Source of the DNA: an uncultured Gammaproteobacteria bacterium
Lineage (GTDB): Bacteria; Patescibacteriota; Patescibacteriia; UBA9934; GWF2-40-263
Reading direction: 5' to 3'
DNA: 43,722 bases
Assembly: GCA_964588505.1 (NCBI GenBank)
Contig: CAZPPQ010000002.1
Span: 1-43,722, forward strand
In this document: positions 9,064 to 19,927 of the stretch, piece after piece
How the letters are laid out: each line of letters begins with the position of its first letter
Numbering within the stretch: position 1 is the stretch's first letter
Translations under genes and position numbers: made by a program
The notes under the pieces: model-generated
The model's database searches: none
Seen by the model: the letters and a program-made list of their open reading frames with translations, nothing else
Told to the model about the DNA's origin: nothing

Positions 9064-10632
9064 TTATTTTCCAATTCGCTCGCCTTCGGCTCGCTCCACT
9101 CGGGGAATAACATCCGCACTCCGCGAATCCAACCCTGCCACGAATCCTCCGTACAGCCACAAATAAAACGCGAGCGTGCGGATTTCGAAAGAGGTCGCGA
9201 GAAACGCGTTGAACGCAACCCCGATCATCGCGGCCGCATAACCAATGGCAAGCGCGCGCGCGAACGGATCCTTTGCCGAGCGAAACACACGGATCGAGCG
9301 ACGAAACAGCGCGAGATACATCCATAAAAATAGAATCAAACCGATCGTGCCAGTTTCTCCCCAAAGCGCGAACCAGTTATTGTCAATGGATCCCTCGGTG
9401 CCAAACACGCCGAATGGCAATCCGAGCTGTTCGTACACGCGCGTGTTCCCAAGCGCGGCAACCGCTCCGCCGCCGAATTGCCCGGGTCCGAATCCAAACA
9501 TTGGGGACGCGGGAACAACCGTAAGCGGCGTCTGCGCCATCCAAAATAAACGACCAAGACCGTAATATTCCCCGCGCCACCGCGCGTAACTGAATGTTTC
9601 ATAAAATCGTTCGGCTAATGTCTGCCCTCTCGCCTCGGTGATGTTGCGAACGTTCAATCCGCTCACGCTGACATACAGCGTGAATGCGATAACGGCCGCG
9701 CCGAAGGCCCATGCGACTCGCCGATCCCGGAATGCCCACAAAGACACGAACAAAAATCCGATTAAAAACGCGAACCACGAAGATCTGGAATAGGTAAAAA
9801 TCAATGCAGCGATGCCGATCAAAAAAAGCGCAAATAAGGCGCGTCTGTGTTTGCGAAAAAAAGATGGATACAAAAATCCGGTGACAAGCAGAAGGAAAAA
9901 ATACAAAAATCCGCCGAGACGATCGTAACGCCCGAGGGTGCCGAACACGCGCGACCCGGGCTCCCAAAATTGTTCCACGGCCGCGGAAACAGTGATGTCT
10001 CTGACAGTGTATGTTTCAGAAGGAAGCAAAAAACGATCAAGCGGTTCGCCTACCGCGCGTTGTGCGATTCCGAGCAGTGATTGAAAAATTACAACGCAAA
10101 ATAACATAATCGTGAGCGACTGTATGTACGCGCGCGGCGGACGAAGATAATACGCGACAAAGAAAATAAGAATGAACCGCAAAATTTGTCTCGCACCGAG
10201 AATTGCGATTGCTGGAGGGACGGTATTTATGATGGCCGAGGCAACAAGCGCGATCAAAAATAAAATGAACGGGAGGTCAATCAGAGAGTGACGTGGCTTG
10301 ATGGATCCGGCGGCCATCTTAATCAGAACAACCGCGGCAAGCAGATAAATTAGGCCTTCGGAAGCGTAGCGCAGAAAAACAAACAACTCTGACGGACTGT
10401 ATTTCAAGATGACTGTTTCAAACGGCAGATAAACCGCGAGAAACATCAAAACCCAAAATGGACGACGGATGGCAAGCACGACAAACGCGAGTGTCCCAAG
10501 AGCCGCCGCGAGAAAAAGAGGAGAAAAAAAGGTCTGAAAGACAATAAGGAAACCGGCAAACACAAATAGACCGGCGGTTACGGCTGTGATGTGCACTTCA
10601 GCTCTTGTGTACACCGCGCGGAAATCAAGCAT
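9064..10632 (-). CDS. O-antigen ligase/polymerase-like (Wzy_C) polytopic membrane protein
   Basis: It has more than 10 hydrophobic segments and an FTYSRSSWFAFLIGFLF motif. The start is taken at the ATG at 10632; the ORF-track start at 10650 is a GTG that overlaps a TGnTACAAT box. Confidence 0.7.
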   Translation of the reverse strand: MLDFRAVYTRAEVHITAVTAGLFVFAGFLIVFQTFFSPLFLAAALGTLAFVVLAIRRPFWVLMFLAVYLPFETVILKYSPSELFVFLRYASEGLIYLLAAVVLIKMAAGSIKPRHSLIDLPFILFLIALVASAIINTVPPAIAILGARQILRFILIFFVAYYLRPPRAYIQSLTIMLFCVVIFQSLLGIAQRAVGEPLDRFLLPSETYTVRDITVSAAVEQFWEPGSRVFGTLGRYDRLGGFLYFFLLLVTGFLYPSFFRKHRRALFALFLIGIAALIFTYSRSSWFAFLIGFLFVSLWAFRDRRVAWAFGAAVIAFTLYVSVSGLNVRNITEARGQTLAERFYETFSYARWRGEYYGLGRLFWMAQTPLTVVPASPMFGFGPGQFGGGAVAALGNTRVYEQLGLPFGVFGTEGSIDNNWFALWGETGTIGLILFLWMYLALFRRSIRVFRSAKDPFARALAIGYAAAMIGVAFNAFLATSFEIRTLAFYLWLYGGFVAGLDSRSADVIPRVERAEGERIGK

Positions 10633-10640
10633 ATGAGGAT

Positions 10641-10649
10641 ATTGTAACA
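10641..10649 (-). promoter_or_regulatory. extended -10 box TGTTACAAT 8 nt upstream of the ATG (near-leaderless)
   Basis: The minus strand reads TGTTACAAT atcctcat ATG. No SD sequence lies between them. Confidence 0.4.
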
Positions 10650-10655
10650 CGGAGG

Positions 10656-10726
10656 GAGTTAGGGTGTTAGGGAGTTAAAGAAAATACGAAAGCCTAAATC
10701 CCTAAAGCCTAGAGCCTAAAGCCTAA
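10656..10726. repeat. inverted blocks of TTAGG-type 7-8-mer boundary repeats
   Basis: The left block is gagttagg gtgttagg gagttaaag. The right block is gcctaaa tccctaaa gcctaga gcctaaa gcctaa, the opposite orientation. Confidence 0.85.
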
Positions 10727-10727
10727 T

Positions 10728-10787
10728 AAAAAACTACCCCGAGAGAAGCGACCCGTTCCCGAAGGATTGGATCGCTCACTCTCGAGG
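10728..10787 (-). terminator. intrinsic terminator after the lipoprotein gene
   Basis: The minus strand reads cctcgagagtgagcgatcc...gggtcgcttctctcgggg tag TTTTTT, a long imperfect stem followed by a T-run. Confidence 0.5.
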
Positions 10788-10799
10788 CGAAGAAAAGAG

Positions 10800-12245
10800 C
10801 TACAGTGTGCCGGCTCCGACCACTCCGGTCTGAGTCACCTGCACGCGGAGCAAATAGTTGTCCCATGTTTGACCTGTGGGACGCGGCTGTCTGGCGCAGA
10901 ACGTACGCGCCGTGGCAGTACCGGAACGACACAGGTCGTCGTTTTCCCACCACCGAACGACTGCCGAAATGTCCGGAATGGTCTGGCTCGCGCCGTTCAC
11001 CGAGCTCACGAGCGTGAACTCGTAGAACCCGGGCGGCCACTTCACGAGGTCTGTGAAGTCGAGCGTGAACGCGCCGCTCGCGGGCGTGACAGAGTTCCTC
11101 GCGCGGAACGTCCAGTCAATTGTTCCATTGTCCGTGCCGACAATGAACGCCAGAGCAGACATGAACGGTTCGGAGATCATGCCGGTCGCGGAAAGAACGA
11201 TCGAACGACCCTGGATGTATACGTACGAGCTCCATGCGTCCGGAGGCGTTCCTGCATCCGCAGGCGAACCAGCATCGGTAATCGAGCCTGCACCTGCATC
11301 GGCGAGAACTCCGGCATCTACGATTGTACCCGCGTCGGAAACCGTACCTGCATCCACGAGATCCCCTGCGTCCGCGAGCGAAGAGCCCGCATCCACCGAG
11401 AACCCCGCATCCTCCAAAACGCCAGCGTCCACCGGACCAGCGTCTGTCAGAGTCCCTGCGTCCACGACCGGAGGAGATCCTGCATCGCCGACTGGCGCTC
11501 CGGCATCTGCGGACGAACCGGCATCTTCCGAAACACCGGCATCGCTCTGCGAAGAACCTGCGTCGGCAACGACACATCCGGTATGAATGGACGTGTTCGT
11601 GTCGTCGCAATCGCCGCTGACTTTCGAATAGCCGATGACGACAGAGGCGCATGCCTCGACGAACTGGTCGTCGCGGCCATATCCGTCCGCATCCGCATCG
11701 CGATACCATCGCGTGCGGTTTGCGACCGGACAAGGATCACCTGCATCTGGCGAACTCGCGCCGGCATCCTCCGGACCAGCATCCACGACAGAAATTGGTC
11801 CGGCATCGCTCGCGCTTCCGGCATCCGCAGGCGTGAATCCCACATCCGCCAGACCCGCGTCCGCACAAACTCCGCACACGCCGGCATCGCTCGAATCGAG
11901 CGGACCGGCATCCGGCGCCTGGGACTGCTCGCACGCGAGATCCTCGATGCGGTTGCAGTCTTCACGACGACCGTTTCCGCAGATTTCTGTCGCACCTGGG
12001 TATACCGATGCGAGTCCGTCATCGCAGTCGTCGCAAACCAGTGTGTAGCCAGCCGGAACGCCGCAGATCGTGGCGACCGTATTCGGGTCGCCGCGGCCGT
12101 CCCGATCGTGGTCATAGCACCACGATCGACAGGCCTCGGGCGGCTGACCATCGTCCGGCGCGTCGAACACGGCAGGACCTCCAATGTTGTCGCCGCAAGA
12201 AACGAAGAAAAGTGTGAAGGCCGACATTGCGAACTTGCGCGTCAT
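10800..12245 (-). CDS. GC-rich secreted lipoprotein with two MopE-like Cys/Asp motifs and about 26 DAG repeats
   Basis: The start is at the ATG at 12245, preceded by GGGAGGAG. The signal plus lipobox-like sequence is MTRKFAMSAFTLFFVSC. Motifs: CYDHDRDGRGD...CDDCDD...PGATEICGNG and WYRDADADGYGRD...GDCDD. A long DAGxxxxDAG array follows. Confidence 0.75.
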   Translation of the reverse strand: MTRKFAMSAFTLFFVSCGDNIGGPAVFDAPDDGQPPEACRSWCYDHDRDGRGDPNTVATICGVPAGYTLVCDDCDDGLASVYPGATEICGNGRREDCNRIEDLACEQSQAPDAGPLDSSDAGVCGVCADAGLADVGFTPADAGSASDAGPISVVDAGPEDAGASSPDAGDPCPVANRTRWYRDADADGYGRDDQFVEACASVVIGYSKVSGDCDDTNTSIHTGCVVADAGSSQSDAGVSEDAGSSADAGAPVGDAGSPPVVDAGTLTDAGPVDAGVLEDAGFSVDAGSSLADAGDLVDAGTVSDAGTIVDAGVLADAGAGSITDAGSPADAGTPPDAWSSYVYIQGRSIVLSATGMISEPFMSALAFIVGTDNGTIDWTFRARNSVTPASGAFTLDFTDLVKWPPGFYEFTLVSSVNGASQTIPDISAVVRWWENDDLCRSGTATARTFCARQPRPTGQTWDNYLLRVQVTQTGVVGAGTL

Positions 12246-12348
12246 TTTCGTTCTCCTCCCGCTTTTTAGCGGAAAATGGGGTGATTTCGTTTGTTTGTTT
12301 TGTTCCGAATTGTGAAAGGATTGTTCCAAGTTTCGAAAGGAACGGTTC

Positions 12349-12376
12349 AGTATAGCAAAATGGTGAAAAAAGTCAA
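12349..12376 (-). promoter_or_regulatory. sigma70-like promoter (TTGACT-16-TATACT) for the lipoprotein gene
   Basis: The minus strand reads TTGACT tttttcaccattttgc TATACT. The leader to the ATG at 12245 is about 95 nt. Confidence 0.55.
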
Positions 12377-12413
12377 TATCAGCCTATTCGAATGGCTAAA
12401 ATTAGGCAAATCT

Positions 12414-12459
12414 GTCATTGCGATCCGCCACAGGCGGAGAAGCAATCTCAATCTAGGTG
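12414..12459. repeat. partial copy of the GTCATTGCGA...GAAGCAATCTC palindromic element family
   Basis: gtcattgcga-tccgcc acag gcgga-gaagcaatctc-aatctaggtg shares its blocks with the full element at 34203-34323. The ftsW/rodA stop codon lies inside it. Confidence 0.7.
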
Positions 12460-13574
12460 TTTATTCCGGATGAGATCGGTGTTTGACGGGCAATACCGTT
12501 CACGACCCCAAGCATCCCGAGAAAAAGCATAAGCGAGCTCCCACCATAACTCACGAGCGGCAAACCGATGCCGGTAACCGGCAACAAACCCATATTCATC
12601 CCGACATTCACAAAAACTTGCAAAAAAAACGCCGCGCCGCATCCGATCACCAAAAAGGTCGCGAACTCATCTTGCGTGCGACGAGCCAGTCCTAGCAGAC
12701 GAATAAAAAGAAAAAGGAATGCTCCGAGCACGCACAAGACTCCGACCAATCCAAGCTCCTCGGCAATCACGGCAAAAATAAAATCCGTCTGACTTTCCGG
12801 AAGAAATTTAAGCTGACTTTGAGATCCAAATCCCAATCCGCGTCCGAACCATCCTCCGGAACCGACGGCAATGACCGCCTGTGTGACATTATACCCGCGG
12901 CCAAGCGGATCGAGCGAGGGTTGGAGAAACGTAAGGATGCGATCACGCTGATAGGCCACGAACAAAAAAGACCAAGCAACCCACACCAACAGCGCCAAGC
13001 CGGATAGCATTAAAAAAAGATGACGCTTCGGAATGCCGACAAACAAAATAAAAACTCCCCAGGTGCCACAAAATAACAACACGGATCCGAGATCAGGCTG
13101 AAGCAAGGTGAGCCCGACAGGAACCGAAAGGATCAATCCGCTTTCCGCTAACTCGCGCCATCCGAACAAACGCCGCGCGCGCCGGCTGAAATACGATGCC
13201 AAAGCGACAATAAGGATGAATTTCATCAACTCCACCGGCTGAAAGTTCACAAGCCAGACCGAGAACCAGCCGGTCGTTCCGCGAATCGTCTCTCCAAAAA
13301 ACAGTACGAACAAAAGCAAGAAATTTCCGATCGTATACAAAACCAACGCGTAATTCCGGAACAGACGATAATTAAAAACAGAAGCGCTAATGAATAAAAC
13401 TGTTCCGACAAGGAGCGCGGACGCCTGTTTTTTGACATTCAAAAAATCGGACGCTGGCTGTGAAAGTGCGACCGAATAAATGGCAGAGAGTCCGAACAAG
13501 ACCAACACAAACACGGCCGCTATCAGCAGTCCATCCCCCTGCTTCATCCGTAAAAACATCCGCCGCAGAAACAT
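12453..13574 (-). CDS. FtsW/RodA/SpoVE family peptidoglycan polymerase
   Basis: The FLPESQTDFIFAVIAEELGLVG motif is present, with about 9-10 TM segments. The start is taken at the ATG at 13574 (MFLRRMF), 8 nt after the upstream stop. Confidence 0.85.
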   Translation of the reverse strand: MFLRRMFLRMKQGDGLLIAAVFVLVLFGLSAIYSVALSQPASDFLNVKKQASALLVGTVLFISASVFNYRLFRNYALVLYTIGNFLLLFVLFFGETIRGTTGWFSVWLVNFQPVELMKFILIVALASYFSRRARRLFGWRELAESGLILSVPVGLTLLQPDLGSVLLFCGTWGVFILFVGIPKRHLFLMLSGLALLVWVAWSFLFVAYQRDRILTFLQPSLDPLGRGYNVTQAVIAVGSGGWFGRGLGFGSQSQLKFLPESQTDFIFAVIAEELGLVGVLCVLGAFLFLFIRLLGLARRTQDEFATFLVIGCGAAFFLQVFVNVGMNMGLLPVTGIGLPLVSYGGSSLMLFLGMLGVVNGIARQTPISSGINT

Positions 13575-13581
13575 ATTCCTT

Positions 13582-16606
<3,025 letters not shown>

Positions 16607-16608
16607 AA

Positions 16609-16640
16609 AAAAACTCCGGGCCGCGCGCTCGGAGTTTTAC
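16609..16640. terminator. bidirectional terminator hairpin after gyrB
   Basis: The sequence aaaaaaactccg ggccgcgcgct cggagtttt has the stem aaactccg/cggagttt. Confidence 0.55.
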
Positions 16641-17133
16641 GTAAGGAGAGCGAGCAAATCTGTTGCTCGTTTTTTCATAGTCTTGAGATCTGTATTTGTA
16701 TCGAGCAGGTGAATCTCGGTGCCGCAATGCTCGAACAGTGTACGAAACCAGTTGCTCAAAAACCGTTCCTGCACGCGCATGAGGTATGCGAGATCTCCGA
16801 ACACGCCACGCGATTCGTCGCCGCGACCTTTCAACCGTGCGACAGCTATCTCCGGAGGGAGATTCGTTATGATGAATCGTACGCCTTGCTGTCATCGCGA
16901 GAAAGCTCGTTCCGGATGGCCGCGCCGATCCACCGGCGCGTCGGTTCGTAAGTGACGTAGACATCGAAATCACGAACCTCCTCAAAACGGGGAGGGTGCG
17001 TTTCTGTCAATTCCCATCTTGACAGTTCGAACACGCGCTTTCCTTCTGTACGCATGGCTTCGGCTTTTGCGCGGATAATCGTTGACTTTCCGCTTCCGGC
17101 GATCCCGTCAAAGACGATCAGTTTTCCGTTCAT
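16637..17133 (-). pseudogene. internally deleted, frameshifted paralog of the Tmk-like kinase at 23374-24093
   Basis: The N-fragment MNGKLIVFDGIAGSGKSTI...YVTYEPTRRWIGAAIRNELSRDDSKAYD matches residues about 1-87 of the intact paralog. It then jumps in the +1 frame directly to FIITNLPPEIAVARLKGRGDESRGVFGDLAYLMRVQERF..., which corresponds to paralog residues about 160-239. The central part, about 70-75 aa, is missing. Confidence 0.8.
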
Positions 17134-17223
17134 GGGTTTCTCCTTTTTGCCCAAAAACAAGTGCAGAGGTCTCTGTAATTTATCCGCGTGTATCCTTTAC
17201 GTCAATCGGTTTATCAACAGCCC

Positions 17224-17252
17224 TTGCATTTTTTTAGAGGCCCTACTATACT
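17224..17252 (+). promoter_or_regulatory. sigma70-like promoter (TTGCAT-17-TATACT) for secE-nusG-rplK
   Basis: The spacer is exactly 17 nt. A small hairpin cccc tcgaa gggg plus TTTT (17265-17281) lies in the short leader before the secE ATG at 17292. Confidence 0.55.
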
Positions 17253-17291
17253 AAGCAACATAAGCCCCTCGAAGGGGTTTTAAAATAGCTT

Positions 17292-17513
17292 ATGACCGAA
17301 GGAACAACACAACAGAATCCACTCGCCCGTGCCATCCGATACTTTCAAGAAGCGAAAGAAGAGCTGAAAAAAGTAACCTGGCCTTCAAAGGAAACCGCGA
17401 TCCGCTATTCCGCTTACGTCATCGGAATCAGCGTCGCGGTCGCGGCGCTCATCGGTGTGCTTGATTGGATTTTCACGCTCGGGCTTGAAAAATTCATCGC
17501 CTGGCTTCAATAA
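17292..17513 (+). CDS. secE: preprotein translocase subunit SecE
   Basis: It is 73 aa with ELKKVTWPSKETAIRYSAYVIGISVAVAALIGVLDWIF and a single C-terminal TM. It occupies the conserved position before nusG. Confidence 0.9.
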   Translation: MTEGTTQQNPLARAIRYFQEAKEELKKVTWPSKETAIRYSAYVIGISVAVAALIGVLDWIFTLGLEKFIAWLQ

Positions 17514-17528
17514 TTTTTAGGAGGACGT

Positions 17529-18074
17529 ATGCCAAAACAAATAGCCAAACATGGCCGGCGCTGGTACGCGATTCACACCTACTCCGGATACGAGGAGAAT
17601 GTCGCGTCCAACCTACGCCAGCGCATCGAAACAATGGACATGGAGGAAAAAATCTTCAATGTCCTTGTTCCGAAAGAGAAAAAAATCAAAATTAAAAACG
17701 GCAAGCGCAAAGTCTCCGAAGAAAAAATCTTCCCCGGGTATGTGCTGGTCGAGATGGTCGTGACGGACGACTCGTGGTATGTGGTGCGCAATACACCGAA
17801 TGTAACCGGATTCATCGGCACCGGAACAACACCGACTCCGATTTCTCAAGAGGAGATTGATGTGCTTCTCAAGCGCATGAATGTCGAGGAACCTGAATTC
17901 ATGGTTGACATCGAACCAGGCACGCCGGTTACGATTTCGGACGGCCCGTTCAAAAACTTCGAGGGGAAGGTGTCGGAAATCGACCGCGAACGCGGAAAAG
18001 TCAAAGTGTTCGTATCCATGTTCGGACGCGAGACGCCGGTCGAGCTCGATTTCCTGCAGGTGAAAAAAATATAA
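17529..18074 (+). CDS. nusG: transcription termination/antitermination factor NusG
   Basis: The NGN motif is RWYAIHTYSGYEENV. The KOW region is PVTISDGPFKNFEGKVSEID. A GGAGG SD lies upstream of the ATG. Confidence 0.95.
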   Translation: MPKQIAKHGRRWYAIHTYSGYEENVASNLRQRIETMDMEEKIFNVLVPKEKKIKIKNGKRKVSEEKIFPGYVLVEMVVTDDSWYVVRNTPNVTGFIGTGTTPTPISQEEIDVLLKRMNVEEPEFMVDIEPGTPVTISDGPFKNFEGKVSEIDRERGKVKVFVSMFGRETPVELDFLQVKKI

Positions 18075-18080
18075 TTCCTG

Positions 18081-18232
18081 CGCTTCCCGTCTCGTTTTTT
18101 GGAAGAACTCCTCGGAGGCATTGGCAGCTTGGTCTCCGCCGAAGGCGGAGTGCCAATGCCGAGAGAAGGGGCGGGCTCCGGCCGCAGGAGCCGGAGAACC
18201 GCCGGTTCTGACAAAAAACTAGACGGGAAGCG
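18081..18232 (+). other. 152-nt element bounded by a 21-bp inverted repeat with three internal hairpins (MITE-like element, ncRNA or r-protein leader)
   Basis: Arms cgcttcccgtctcgttttttg (18081-18101) and caaaaaactagacgggaagcg (18212-18232) match at 20 of 21 positions. Internal stems are ggcattggca/tgccaatgcc enclosing ctccgcc/ggcggag, ctccggc/gccggag, and gaacc/ggttc. Confidence 0.7.
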
Positions 18233-18300
18233 CAAAACAATAATTCACATAGTCCTGGTCGCCTCGGCCAATGGTGGAAGAATCCAGTCAAAAAAATGCT

Positions 18301-18726
18301 ATGGCAAAGAAACTCGTCACACAAATCAAGCTCCAAATTCCGGGAGGCGCAGCCACACCGGCTCCGCCGGTCGGCCCGGCGCTCGGTCAGCACGGCTTAA
18401 ACATCGCGGAATTCGTCAAAAAATTCAACGATGCGACCAAAGACCGCCGCGGCGAGATCGTGCCGATCATCATCAGTGTGTTCGACGATCGAAGTTACAC
18501 GTTCATTACAAAAGTCGCTCCGGCCTCCGAGCTTATCAAAAAGGCGATCGGGATCGAGAAAGGATCCGGCAAGCCACTCACAGAAAAAGTCGGAACAATC
18601 ACAAAAGCCCAGCTCCGCGAAGTGGCGGAAAAAAAGATGCCGGACTTAAACACAACCGACATTGAACAAGCCATGAAAATTATGGCTGGCACGGCCCGCC
18701 AGATGGGAGTGGATGTCAAGGAATAA
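18301..18726 (+). CDS. rplK: 50S ribosomal protein L11
   Basis: The N-terminus is [43 protein letters not shown]. The ATG is at 18301; the ORF track starts 10 codons earlier. Confidence 0.95.
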   Translation: MAKKLVTQIKLQIPGGAATPAPPVGPALGQHGLNIAEFVKKFNDATKDRRGEIVPIIISVFDDRSYTFITKVAPASELIKKAIGIEKGSGKPLTEKVGTITKAQLREVAEKKMPDLNTTDIEQAMKIMAGTARQMGVDVKE

Positions 18727-18743
18727 TCACTCATCACAATCCT

Positions 18744-19133
18744 ATGACCAAAGGAGGTTCAATCATTCTCCGCATTTACTTCGCTCTCGTGACGTTCGTG
18801 ACCCTCATGATGCTCATCTTCTCGGTTTCGGACTTGCTTAACATCGGGCTCCGAACGTACGTCTTCAAGGGAGCCGACGCGCCGGAGTATGCGACCTATT
18901 GCGCAGATCCTGCAGAGCCGCGCGCAAAACCGATTCCAGACGGAGACGTGTCGGTGAATTGCAAGATTCAAGAAGAGCGCGATCGTAAAGCGGCTGATAC
19001 GCGGAAACAACAGAATGCGGTCCGTGATATCGCGATGATCATCGTGAGCGCTCCGCTGTTCTGGCTCCACTGGCGCGTCGTGTACCGCGACTGGACCGAA
19101 GCCAAAGACGACAAAGAAAAAACAAAAGTTTAA
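18744..19133 (+). CDS. hypothetical two-TM membrane protein inserted between rplK and rplA
   Basis: It is a 129-aa ORF with TM segments ILRIYFALVTFVTLMMLIFSV and IAMIIVSAPLFWLHW and a charged loop. No family was recognised. Confidence 0.55.
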   Translation: MTKGGSIILRIYFALVTFVTLMMLIFSVSDLLNIGLRTYVFKGADAPEYATYCADPAEPRAKPIPDGDVSVNCKIQEERDRKAADTRKQQNAVRDIAMIIVSAPLFWLHWRVVYRDWTEAKDDKEKTKV

Positions 19134-19205
19134 TTTCATTATTCATTTCTTTCGTGGGAGCCCGGCCGTTCGAGAAAGGCGGGGCGCCATCACCACAAAA
19201 AATTT

Positions 19206-19892
19206 ATGTTAGGCAAACGCTTTCAGGAGGCAAAAAAACTCGTTGACAATAAAAAGCTTTATCCGGTCGAAGAGGCGGCGGCGCTCATCAAGAAAACGGC
19301 CACGGCCAAATTCGACGAAGCGATTGAGATTCATCTGCGCCTTGGGATTGATACAGCAAAGAGCGATCAACAAGTGCGCGGCACCATTTCCCTTCCGCAT
19401 GGAACCGGAAAATCAAAACGCGTCGCCGCGTTTGTCGAAGCTGCAAAAGAAGCCGAGGCAAAAGCCGCCGGAGCCGATATGGTCGGCGGTGAAGAACTGA
19501 TCAATGAGATCGGCCAGAAAAACGTGATTGATTTTGACGTCGCGGTCGCGACTCCGGCCATGATGCCGAAACTGGCGAAACTCGCGAAATTCCTCGGTCC
19601 GAAAGGCCTTATGCCTAATCCAAAAACCGACACGGTTGGCCCGAATGTAACTAAGATGGTTACCGAGCAGAAGGCCGGCAAATTGAGCTTCAAAAACGAC
19701 GTGACCTGCAACATCCACCAAACCGTCGGCCGCGCCTCATTCTCGGAAATACAAATCAAAGAGAACGCAAACGCATTCATTGAAGCCGTTAAAAAACTGA
19801 AACCGTCTTCATCCAAAGGGATTTATATCCTCTCCGCGACGCTCGTTTCCACCATGGGCCCGGCCATCCATCTTGAAGTCGCACAGCAGTAA
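19206..19892 (+). CDS. rplA: 50S ribosomal protein L1
   Basis: Matching segments: KRFQEAKKLVD..YPVEEA, FDEAIEIHLRLGIDTAKSDQQVRGTISLPHGTGK, and DFDVAVATPAMMP. Confidence 0.95.
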   Translation: MLGKRFQEAKKLVDNKKLYPVEEAAALIKKTATAKFDEAIEIHLRLGIDTAKSDQQVRGTISLPHGTGKSKRVAAFVEAAKEAEAKAAGADMVGGEELINEIGQKNVIDFDVAVATPAMMPKLAKLAKFLGPKGLMPNPKTDTVGPNVTKMVTEQKAGKLSFKNDVTCNIHQTVGRASFSEIQIKENANAFIEAVKKLKPSSSKGIYILSATLVSTMGPAIHLEVAQQ

Positions 19893-19900
19893 AGAAAAAA

Positions 19901-19924
19901 CACCCTCGGCGCGAGGGTGTTTTG
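19901..19924 (+). terminator. intrinsic terminator after rplA
   Basis: The stem is caccctcg gcg cgagggtg, followed by TTTT. Confidence 0.75.
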
Positions 19925-19927
19925 GTT

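Noticed and set aside
8359-9327. A 322-aa plus-strand ORF antisense to the GT4 and O-antigen-ligase-like genes.
   Set aside because: Its composition is extremely Arg/Lys-rich and does not look like a real protein. It spans two well-supported minus-strand genes and has no start context.
10656-10726. The TTAGGG-like repeats read as telomeric repeats or as a CRISPR array.
   Set aside because: The arrays contain only 2-5 units, are internal to a gene-dense bacterial contig, and occur at many junctions. There are no 25-40-nt direct repeats separated by unique spacers and no cas genes.
10767-12269. A 500-aa plus-strand ORF, together with ORFs of 245, 205, 177 and 137 aa in other frames, across the lipoprotein gene.
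   Set aside because: These are Arg/Cys/Ser-rich translations typical of alternative frames of a GC-rich repetitive gene. Only the minus-strand frame has a signal peptide, an SD sequence, a promoter and recognisable motifs.
18099-18665. A 188-aa ORF spanning the nusG-rplK spacer and running out of frame into rplK.
   Set aside because: It is Arg-rich and overlaps the clear L11 frame. Its 5' part is the inverted-repeat element.
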